DNA of 64,000 nucleotides from assembly GCA_964007735.1 (NCBI GenBank), contig CAXGAI010000019.1, forward strand, positions 1 to 64,000. The letters run 5' to 3'. This document shows, piece by piece, positions 34,768 through 42,719 of the stretch. The DNA is from an uncultured Rhodopirellula sp. GTDB lineage: Bacteria > Planctomycetota > Planctomycetia > Pirellulales > Pirellulaceae. Under the pieces are notes generated by a model. It did not search any database, was not told the DNA's origin, and saw only the letters and a list, made by a program, of their open reading frames with translations. Each line of letters starts with the position of its first letter. Positions within the stretch are counted from its first letter, which is position 1. The position numbers were made by a program, and so were the translations under genes.

Positions 34768-35934
34768 TTAGAATGGAGCGACGTCGTCTTCGGGATCGAT
34801 TTCGGGACCGGTTTCCTCGTTCGCTTTGGTTGCGTTGACGGCCACAACAGCTTGTTCGCTTGGCAGCTCGATCATTTGGATCAAAGCATACAAATGACCA
34901 GTAACCTGTGCGGCTTCCACTTCTTGCCAGCCAGTGGCTTTATGACGCAAGATAGCAAGCTTAAATTCATCCAACGTGTTCTGAAGATCGGATGGTAGTT
35001 CTTTAAGGTTTTCAAAAGGACGAATGCCTTCACCAGCAGCCGTAAGAATGGAAGTATCCATTTCACGCGGAGCAGCTTCGATGGTGTTGTTGGCTGGAAT
35101 TCCATAAGAGTCACCGTCACCAAAGTCGGGGCCAGAGGCATAATTAGGTCCGGCATTCGCTTCGTCATATTCCCCACGAATTGTGCCGTCGCCAGGGGCA
35201 TAGTCATTTTTAATTGGCGGCTCTTCCAAAGAAAGTGTGGCGATATCTTCATCTAGCTCAGCGTAGATGACATCCTTGTCATCTGGCTTTTCGCTAGGTG
35301 CTCCCCCCATCGCTTCCCAGCGCTGTTCCCGCATGGAAGAGACAGACCATTTATTTTGCAGAGCACCCTCTAACCACATCTCAGCATCCGACCAGTCAAT
35401 GGCGGCCTGAAAATGGGTCCAAGACAAATGATCAAACTCCTGGTAGCTATCGCCAAAGCGTTGAAACACCCGGCGTAAACGACCGACGTGCTGACCACTG
35501 ACAGTGCCATTGAAGTGCTTTGCCCAGGCTTCGTCCGAGTATTCCTGTAGCGGAGCACCAGCGTCAATCAGCGCTGCACGCCATTGATGAATGATCTCAC
35601 CCTTTTGCCAGTTGGTCTGGCTTACTAGCGTTTCCCATTGGTTAATAAAAGGTTCTGAAGTCAAGTGAACAAGTTCGGGATCGAACTCATCTTCCACTTG
35701 TAGCACGGCAGTGTCGATAGAGGACACTTCTTCAACAGATGCCTCAAGAACCTCTTCCGAGTCTAAAGCTTCGCGGGCGCTGTCGGCATCGTTTGATTCT
35801 GCCGGAAAAGAAGAATCAGATTTCAATTCCGAAGTCTCAGGCTCCTCGCTCTGAAAATCAGGATGTCCGAGGTCAGCGGCGTCACTATTTAACTCGTTCT
35901 GGTCGCCATTATTAAACAAATCGCCTTGCATCAT
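34768..35934 (-). CDS. Acidic hypothetical protein with a YhcG/DUF1016 N-terminal-like helical domain
   Basis: NWQKGEII...GRLRRVFQRF...LSWTHF...WLEGALQNKWSVSSMREQ flanked by acidic low-complexity arms. Confidence 0.7.
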   Translation of the reverse strand: MMQGDLFNNGDQNELNSDAADLGHPDFQSEEPETSELKSDSSFPAESNDADSAREALDSEEVLEASVEEVSSIDTAVLQVEDEFDPELVHLTSEPFINQWETLVSQTNWQKGEIIHQWRAALIDAGAPLQEYSDEAWAKHFNGTVSGQHVGRLRRVFQRFGDSYQEFDHLSWTHFQAAIDWSDAEMWLEGALQNKWSVSSMREQRWEAMGGAPSEKPDDKDVIYAELDEDIATLSLEEPPIKNDYAPGDGTIRGEYDEANAGPNYASGPDFGDGDSYGIPANNTIEAAPREMDTSILTAAGEGIRPFENLKELPSDLQNTLDEFKLAILRHKATGWQEVEAAQVTGHLYALIQMIELPSEQAVVAVNATKANEETGPEIDPEDDVAPF

Positions 35935-36041
35935 GCGTTTATCTTCCTGAATCGCTAATGTTTAATGGGGTGATTTTTCGTCTTAAGAAGAGATAAGATT
36001 AGCATTTGAAAAAGAAAGTAAAAGCAGTTCTCAAAAAGGAG

Positions 36042-36073
36042 TTGTTTAACGCTATAAAAATAGCGTTAAACAA
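36042..36073 (-). terminator. Perfect 14-bp inverted repeat after the anti-sigma gene (terminator or operator)
   Basis: TTGTTTAACGCTAT-AAAA-ATAGCGTTAAACAA; the minus strand continues CTCCTTTTT. Confidence 0.5.
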
Positions 36074-36156
36074 GATATTGCATCGGGCGACTTCGTTGGG
36101 GAAAACCTGTCGACAATCGAGAACTGGTCGTGAAGAGGAGGACAACGTCTGAGAAG

Positions 36157-37167
36157 TTACTTGGGATCGGATTCCAGATCTGGCTTTACGGTGATTAAAA
36201 ATAACACTTGCAGCTTACCACTTTGTTTATTTTTAACTTGGTCCTTGTAGTGATCTCTTGTTTTTTTATTTGTCACAGCATCTGCATTTTCTGAGCTAGG
36301 CAAATATTTTGCATTTTGAAGTTCTGCCATCAGGCTGACAAGTTCTTCTGGAGTACATTCCATAGCATATGCGAGGTCTACTAAGCCTTCATCGAAATCC
36401 AGCATCAATTCTTTAGGCTGATTCACCTCGTTCACTGCATTGGACTTTCGTGCTTGAGCAAGCTCCGGTACACCACCGTTTGCCACCGAACTTTTTTTGG
36501 AGGTCGGCTCGATCGTAGCCAATAACCGCACTAGTTGTTTTTGTTCGACAGTGATTCGAATGGTTTGGTCGGCTTTGTTCTGAAGCGGAGCGGAAAAAAC
36601 CTTTACTCCTGCGTTTGCATTATCATTTTTAGGCGGACCAGAGACCGCGCTTGATATTGCATCCTCCATTTCAGCAGCCTCTTGTATTGCCAAGCCACCC
36701 ATTGCGCCATCTTCTTCTAGTTCCATTGTCATCTGACGGCTAACAAGAGGGTTCTTCAGAGGGGCATTCATTTCTGCTGGCGGTGATGACACACTATCGC
36801 TCATCGCCAGCGGCTCAGTATCGCTGGGCTGATTTATCAAGGTGACGGCCAGCAGCAAACAGGCGGCGATTCCGACACCGGCCGATAACCAACGTTTTTT
36901 ATTCGAGGGGCTAGACCCGCGGTTGGTAGATATTTTTGGCGTGAGCTGGACAGTTGGCTGGTTGGCGGCTTTGCGAATAACTTGTTGGATGTCCAAGGCG
37001 TGATAGACCGGGAGTAATCCAAAGTCTTCCTGCAGCATTTCAAGCTCATCTTTGAGCTGGCGCAGTTTAGGGTCGTGCGCAAGTGCAGCTTCCACCAACT
37101 CCCGCTCTTCTGTCGAGAGTTCATGGTCAAGATAAGCACTAATTAGTTCTTCGTTGATTTCACTCAT
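36157..37167 (-). CDS. Membrane-bound anti-sigma factor
   Basis: ELISAYLDHELS.EER..VE..L N-terminal anti-sigma domain, one TM segment; 4-bp overlap with the ECF sigma gene. Confidence 0.85.
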   Translation of the reverse strand: MSEINEELISAYLDHELSTEERELVEAALAHDPKLRQLKDELEMLQEDFGLLPVYHALDIQQVIRKAANQPTVQLTPKISTNRGSSPSNKKRWLSAGVGIAACLLLAVTLINQPSDTEPLAMSDSVSSPPAEMNAPLKNPLVSRQMTMELEEDGAMGGLAIQEAAEMEDAISSAVSGPPKNDNANAGVKVFSAPLQNKADQTIRITVEQKQLVRLLATIEPTSKKSSVANGGVPELAQARKSNAVNEVNQPKELMLDFDEGLVDLAYAMECTPEELVSLMAELQNAKYLPSSENADAVTNKKTRDHYKDQVKNKQSGKLQVLFLITVKPDLESDPK

Positions 37168-37736
37168 GTCGCTGGTGAATTCTGTTTAAACAGAGGAATA
37201 AGTTTTTCCCGAAGCTGAAGTCGACCTCGATGAATACGACTGCGTACGGTCCCTGGACTGATAGCCAAAATATCTCCGATGGTTTCATAGTCGCAGCCTT
37301 CGATTTCACGCAGGATAATCACAGTCCGGAATTCTTCAGTCAACTCGCCGATCGCTAAGTGCAGTATTTCCGCGCGTTCCATGCGCAGGCTTTCCGCATC
37401 TACAGCTTCCAGTGTGGAATGAGGTTCTTCGCCATGTTCGCGTTTTTGGCTATCCATGGAAATGGTTGGTCGTTCCCGTCGCCGGTAACTAAAGGCCAGA
37501 TTGACAGCGATACGATACAGCCAGGTGTAAAAAGAGCTCTTACCCTGATAAGTGTTGAGCTTTACGAAAGCCTGCAACAATGCATCCTGTAGCACATCTT
37601 CGGCAGCTTCCGCATTTCTCAAAATATGAGCAAGCGTATTGAACAATCGATCACTATAGGGAGAAATGAGCCGCTCAAAGGCTTCGCTCGATCCTGCCAA
37701 AATGCTTCGAATTAGGTCATGTTCGTCTTGAGACAC
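37164..37736 (-). CDS. ECF sigma-70 factor
   Basis: AEDVLQDALLQAF, SSFYTWLYRIAVN, LREIEG.DYETI..IL.ISPGTVRSRIHRGR. Confidence 0.95.
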   Translation of the reverse strand: MSQDEHDLIRSILAGSSEAFERLISPYSDRLFNTLAHILRNAEAAEDVLQDALLQAFVKLNTYQGKSSFYTWLYRIAVNLAFSYRRRERPTISMDSQKREHGEEPHSTLEAVDAESLRMERAEILHLAIGELTEEFRTVIILREIEGCDYETIGDILAISPGTVRSRIHRGRLQLREKLIPLFKQNSPAT

Positions 37737-37861
37737 GGTCGCTGTACTTGTTTGATGCCTTAAAGGGATGCAAAAGTTCCCGAAAAATGAAAAACCGGTC
37801 GCTCTTACATCAACAAATTAGAGTAATAACCATCTTTGTATCCTATTTCAAAGAAGTCAAA

Positions 37862-39217
37862 TTATGTGTCCGAAGGTTTGGCTAACTCGAGGGAGCTCCT
37901 GGAAGGATAGGCTAGTGGTTGTTTTCTTATTGTTGTATATGTCCACAATCCGATGCCAAATAGTACCGTCAGCACGCTGAATAGTTGAGAGATAGTTAGT
38001 TGGGTACCCAATTGGCCCAATTCGTCAGAACGAACCCATTCAAGTAAAAAGCGTGAAATAGGGTAAAAGATGAATACCAAAGCCAGGATTTGACCGTCCC
38101 GCTTTCGGTAAGGGAAGTAAGCCCACAACAATAAGCAAAGTAATCCACCATTAATGCTGCTATAGACCTGGGCTGGATAGACTTTAAGTGAACGAGCCGG
38201 CATCTCCTTCACTGTCAAGTTGTCCAACACTCTGCCCCCGTTTTTCAGCAGGAAGGCAGTTTCTCCAAATAGCCCCTTTTCGTAGTACTCGCTAAATGCG
38301 CCATCTACTAAACGCATTTCTATATTGATGGTATCACCTTGGTGAAGACCACCGGCTTGGCCAAGCGAATCAGGCTGAACAGCTGTGATTCTCCCTTTCC
38401 ATAAGTAGTTCGATCGATAATCAAAGTCCGCTTCGATACCTCTTTGTTTGAGAGGTCGGTCAAATAACAGGCCTTGGTCAAGATGCCGCATGTAAGGTGG
38501 ACTACCAATGGGGAATTGGACTCCCCATAAGTCGTCCGTACATAAGCCGCCATAACAACATCCGTTCATGAAGCAGCCTAGTCGCCCGAAGAACATGCCG
38601 AGGGCCAGTGCTGGTGCGATCAAGTCTAGTGTGGCGAGTTTTGGAAGTTTGCGACGAAAGAGAAAAATGGAACATCCAATCAATCCGCCAACAAAGGCAC
38701 CGTAAACGACGAGACCTCCTTCGGTGAATTTTAGGATTTTCGGTAGTGTGTCGCCCCACGCGATGTTACCGCCGCGGTCAATAATTGCAAACTCTGTCCA
38801 CTTCTGGACGACGTACCAGAGCCGACCTCCCAGAACTCCGCCAAGAAATAGGAATAGGGTCATCGTAAAGACAACGTCGGGATGAACCCCTTGTCGTCGG
38901 GCTTGTATAGAGGCGATCAAAATGCCTCCCGATACTCCCATGAGCACAAAAAATCCATAGCCCCGAATTTGGATGCCGGTTGGGCCCTCTGAATCTTGAG
39001 GCTCGATAAAGGGGATGATAAAAGCAATGATCACCCCAATTATTAGAATAGGCACCAACGGATGGCCTACGCCTTCCTCCTTGCGTTGGGCAGATTGCAT
39101 GTAGAAATGAGTGAGCCACACGCCGCCAAAGATAGCCCAGCAAATCAATACCCATCCAAAACCAAATATTGACAGGCCGGCAATTTCGTGAGGGAGGGTG
39201 ATTAAAGTTTGTTGCAT
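37862..39217 (-). CDS. lgt: Prolipoprotein diacylglyceryl transferase with a PDZ-like insertion
   Basis: IRGYG, GGRLWYV, GGLVVYG, GRLGCFMNGCCYG, YPAQVY, RFLLEWVR. Confidence 0.9.
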   Translation of the reverse strand: MQQTLITLPHEIAGLSIFGFGWVLICWAIFGGVWLTHFYMQSAQRKEEGVGHPLVPILIIGVIIAFIIPFIEPQDSEGPTGIQIRGYGFFVLMGVSGGILIASIQARRQGVHPDVVFTMTLFLFLGGVLGGRLWYVVQKWTEFAIIDRGGNIAWGDTLPKILKFTEGGLVVYGAFVGGLIGCSIFLFRRKLPKLATLDLIAPALALGMFFGRLGCFMNGCCYGGLCTDDLWGVQFPIGSPPYMRHLDQGLLFDRPLKQRGIEADFDYRSNYLWKGRITAVQPDSLGQAGGLHQGDTINIEMRLVDGAFSEYYEKGLFGETAFLLKNGGRVLDNLTVKEMPARSLKVYPAQVYSSINGGLLCLLLWAYFPYRKRDGQILALVFIFYPISRFLLEWVRSDELGQLGTQLTISQLFSVLTVLFGIGLWTYTTIRKQPLAYPSRSSLELAKPSDT

Positions 39218-39243
39218 ACCAGGCTACATCGTGGCAGAGGTAT

Positions 39244-40092
39244 TTAGCTTAAGAAAACATTGTCGATGAGTCTCGTTTTCCCCACGTAAACGGCAGCGAC
39301 AGCAATTGTCTTGCTATCCACCCGTTGGACAGGGGAAAGATCATGTTTATCGACAAGTGCAACATAATCTATCTGGCCGATTGACGCATCAGCAAGTGTT
39401 TGTTTCGCTGTTTCTAGCAAGGCATTGCTATTTCGTTCTCCTTCTTGCACCATCCTCTGGATACAAAATAAAGCCTTAGATAGAGCGACAGCCTGAAGAC
39501 GCTCTGTGTCGGAGAGATATGCATTACGACTGCTTAAGGCCAATCCATCATCCTCTCGGATAATGGGACAAACTTGTACTTCAATGGGGATGTTTAAGTC
39601 CTCAACCATCTGCCCGATAACACGGGTTTGCTGATAGTCTTTTTGGCCAAAGAAGCCAATATCAGCAGGTATCAGATGAAACAGCTTGAGGACGATAGTG
39701 GCAACGCCTTCAAAATGCTTTGGGCGTATTTCACCTTCCAATGGCCGGGCTACTTCAGGCGGCACAATTCTGGTGCTGGCACCGGTTGGGTACATAGCTT
39801 CCACTGTCGGCGTAAAGATCACATCCACGTTACAAGCGCTAAGCAGTCGTAGATCCTGTTGTAGATTGCGGGGGTACTTATCGAGATCCTCATTTGGACC
39901 AAACTGAGTTGGATTGACAAAGATGGTGACAACGGTGAAATCAGTATGATTGGTGGCCCGTTCAACTAAACTCAAGTGGCCTGCGTGTAAGGCTCCCATT
40001 GTTGGAACTAGTCCGACACGTTTGCCGACACGTTTTTGGTCTTCAACCAGCGCGAGCATTTGAGAGGGATCGGAAATGATGACGGGTGCCAT
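39244..40092 (-). CDS. panC: Pantoate-beta-alanine ligase
   Basis: VPTMGALHAGH, IFVNPTQF, RPKHFEGV, GQKDYQQ, LALSSRN, RLIDN. Confidence 0.96.
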   Translation of the reverse strand: MAPVIISDPSQMLALVEDQKRVGKRVGLVPTMGALHAGHLSLVERATNHTDFTVVTIFVNPTQFGPNEDLDKYPRNLQQDLRLLSACNVDVIFTPTVEAMYPTGASTRIVPPEVARPLEGEIRPKHFEGVATIVLKLFHLIPADIGFFGQKDYQQTRVIGQMVEDLNIPIEVQVCPIIREDDGLALSSRNAYLSDTERLQAVALSKALFCIQRMVQEGERNSNALLETAKQTLADASIGQIDYVALVDKHDLSPVQRVDSKTIAVAAVYVGKTRLIDNVFLS

Positions 40093-40115
40093 GGGGCTGT
40101 TGTTTATTCTCGAGG

Positions 40116-41021
40116 TTAAAGATGACAGGTCGCGAGCGCAGAGAATTCTTGAAGCAGGACATCTTCGTTGGTGATGTCCACGAATAACCACGGGGTAACG
40201 GTACCGCTAGGCATTAGTTTCCTTAGCACCTGCTGCCGCGACTCATTATGAATGTTGTCGGTCAGAATTACGAGTAGTCTCGGTGTCAGGATTGTCTTTT
40301 CATGCCGTTCTATCGCAGCGAGGAAATCCTTCTCTTTTAGTAAACATTCTCGGGGAGCAAAATCGCAGAGCACAAAAGAGCTACTGGCGCTCCATGTCTT
40401 AAGAAGGTCAAACGTTTCGGCTAAGTCGGCAGCAGAACGTGAAACAGGTAAAGATTGGGTCACGAGTGTTGAGTCGCAGCGATTTAGTTCTATGAAAGCG
40501 TTTACTGCCGATTGATCAGACAGATTAATAGTCAATGCATAGTTTCCGGCTTGCTCAAGATGATCAAGATGACTTTGATAGGTCCACCCGGTTTCCGGAT
40601 GTCTTTGATGGCTGACTAGATCGCACAAAGGTTCCAATACAAACCGTCGAAGCGTCATTCGGGGATGGGGTAGCGTCAGCTTTGATGAACTGATGATCGC
40701 ATCCTCGAATGTAAGAATATCGATATCAATCGTGCGAGGATCCCAGCGTAGATGGCGTACACGGCCAAGCTCGAATTCAATTCTTTGAAGATTGACGAGC
40801 AAGGAATCGGCAGTTAGTGTTGTCGAAATTTCGACGACCGCGTTGAGAAATACGTCCTGACCTTTGCGTCCACCAACAGGTTTTGATTCGCGATAACGGC
40901 TAACACGAACGGCGACGACACCGGCCGTTTGCTGTATTTTATCCACGGCAGCGTCTAAGTTTTTTTTACGTTTACCAAGGTTCGAGCCCAGAGAGAGCAA
41001 ACTTTTTTTTGGCTCAGCCAT
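40116..41021 (-). CDS. folK: HPPK (dihydropterin pyrophosphokinase) with a C-terminal extension
   Basis: LSLGSNLG, FLNAV, IE..LGR.R..RWDPRTIDIDIL, LPHPRM..RRFVLEPL; about 140 extra residues follow. Confidence 0.9.
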   Translation of the reverse strand: MAEPKKSLLSLGSNLGKRKKNLDAAVDKIQQTAGVVAVRVSRYRESKPVGGRKGQDVFLNAVVEISTTLTADSLLVNLQRIEFELGRVRHLRWDPRTIDIDILTFEDAIISSSKLTLPHPRMTLRRFVLEPLCDLVSHQRHPETGWTYQSHLDHLEQAGNYALTINLSDQSAVNAFIELNRCDSTLVTQSLPVSRSAADLAETFDLLKTWSASSSFVLCDFAPRECLLKEKDFLAAIERHEKTILTPRLLVILTDNIHNESRQQVLRKLMPSGTVTPWLFVDITNEDVLLQEFSALATCHL

Positions 41022-41120
41022 GTCAGGCAATCCGCCTCAGGAAGAAAAATGCAGCAAAGTTATCATTCGATTCTAATATTTTTTCGAACTAAGACCGAAC
41101 AAGAAGGTGTTTCAGCGCAT

Positions 41121-41162
41121 AAAAAATGGCGGGAGACGAAGTCCGGTTTGCATCTCACCGCC
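41121..41162 (-). terminator. Intrinsic terminator about 100 nt upstream of folK
   Basis: Minus strand reads GGCGG-U-GAGAUG-loop-CGUCUC-CCGCC-AUUUUUU. Confidence 0.7.
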
Positions 41163-41285
41163 GTTGGCTGTTCCGCACGATCCTTGCGCGGCAATGCCAA
41201 AAAAGAAAGCATTAGGGAGGACCTCCGAGCCACGGCATATGCCGTCGACTGTCGCTCCGATCAGTCGTCGCTCCCCAAGGCTTTG
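41121..41285 (-). ncRNA. Candidate structured RNA (sRNA or riboswitch-like leader), family not recognised
   Basis: GC-rich island in an AT-richer intergenic region with at least five stems. G-U pairs mostly favour the minus strand. Ends in a terminator. Confidence 0.5.
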
Positions 41286-41755
41286 CTGTATTTATGAGTT
41301 AAAAACACAAATATCCCAATGTTGGGTACGTTGTTCGAACCAAGCGGATTTCAGGAAGACGCTCTCGGAATTTGCCTTATTTCCCTTTGGAAAAAGAACA
41401 GCATTCAGCGCGCACCGGGAGCGCAAAAATAGTGGTCTTTTTTCGAAGAAAAATATGTAACGCTAAGGTCGGCTTCATGGTGATAAGGATCAAGCAGACC
41501 TCCGTCGTTTCAAAGCAAAATTCGGAAAGAACTTCGCGACGAACCAATGTTGGTTTCAAACAACAGGAGCCATTTTTACGAACGTTAAGAAAATGTCAAG
41601 GAAGCAGTAATCAATTTTCCAAGTATTCTTTTTCGACATTTTTTTGCTTCGATTTTGGTCAGTGCGTTGACACCTGTTTTAAAAATTCGTATGGCCGAGA
41701 CCTCTCATTGTTTGGTACTCTTCTCGGATTATAGCCACCCTCCCGATAACGTTTC

Positions 41756-42685
41756 TTGACGAATTACCTTCTGTTCCTGCGTGAATTGATAGCTTCGATG
41801 CGACCTCCCTTCCAATCTGATTCATTAACTGACACGGAAAAAAGTAGCCTGTCGGAAGCGCTCGCCGAAGTTGTCAATGAGTCGGCAGAGGGTGATCCAA
41901 TTTCTGAAAACTATGACGAGCTTGTGAAGAAGCTCGGAAGTGACTTGTGTCATCGTGCCGGGATTTATGTGATGCCCAATACGTTTAAATTGTCGGTGGT
42001 GATTCCGATTTATAACGAAGTAAAAACGCTCGAGGAAGTGGTTCGGAAGGTTCGTTCAATAGGCTTGAATCTTGAGATGGTTTTAGTCGATGACGGTAGT
42101 ACAGATGGCACAAGAGAGTTGCTTGAGAGGATGCAACAAGACGCGGATTTGAAGATTGTGTTCCACGAAGAGAATAAAGGGAAGGGCGCTGCGGTGCGGA
42201 CAGGATTCCAGGAAGCAACTGGTGATGTCATTGTCATTCAGGACGCTGATCTGGAATATGATCCGAATGAATTCCGATACTTGCTACAACCTATTATCGA
42301 AGATCGCGCGGATATCGTGTACGGCTCCCGGTTTCAAATCAAAGAGAAAGCAGAATCTCCGGCCTGGCATATGGCTGTCAATGGTTTTATTACCTGGCTT
42401 TGCAACCTTGTAACGCGACTTAGATTTACGGATGTGGAAACGTGTTATAAGTTGTTTCGTCGTTCGCTGATTCAGGAGATTGCACCGGGGTTGAAAGAGA
42501 ATCGTTTTGGTATTGAAATTGAAATGACAGCCAAGCTGGCAAGGCGATCTAAACAGAATGGTACGCGGTTTTTTGAACGCCCCATTAGTTATCAAAGACG
42601 GTCTTACGACGAAGGTAAGAAGATTGGTTGGAAAGATGGAGTTAGCGCTTTGCGTTGTATTTTTTGGTATGGCCTGTTCGGGTAA
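41756..42685 (+). CDS. GT2 glycosyltransferase (polyprenol-phosphate mannosyltransferase-like)
   Basis: SVVIPIYNE, VDDGSTDGT, NKGKGAAVR, IQDADLEYDP, TDVETCYK, GKKIGWKDG. Start may be the ATG at 41798. Confidence 0.92.
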   Translation: MTNYLLFLRELIASMRPPFQSDSLTDTEKSSLSEALAEVVNESAEGDPISENYDELVKKLGSDLCHRAGIYVMPNTFKLSVVIPIYNEVKTLEEVVRKVRSIGLNLEMVLVDDGSTDGTRELLERMQQDADLKIVFHEENKGKGAAVRTGFQEATGDVIVIQDADLEYDPNEFRYLLQPIIEDRADIVYGSRFQIKEKAESPAWHMAVNGFITWLCNLVTRLRFTDVETCYKLFRRSLIQEIAPGLKENRFGIEIEMTAKLARRSKQNGTRFFERPISYQRRSYDEGKKIGWKDGVSALRCIFWYGLFG

Positions 42686-42719
42686 TTAGTAGGTATGCAG
42701 AGAGACCCGGTACTAAAAA

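Noticed and set aside
40430..40447. parS-like CGTGAAAC half-sites (also near 8974 and 22599)
   Set aside because: Only half-sites inside CDSs; none matches the 16-bp palindrome.
41594..41610. AAGGAAGCAG resembling the SRP RNA motif
   Set aside because: The TCAGG-N4-GAAG hairpin context and long stem are absent.
41049..41734. Short ORFs in the folK/GT2 intergenic region
   Set aside because: Mutually overlapping, no RBS or recognisable motifs; RNA structure explains the region better.
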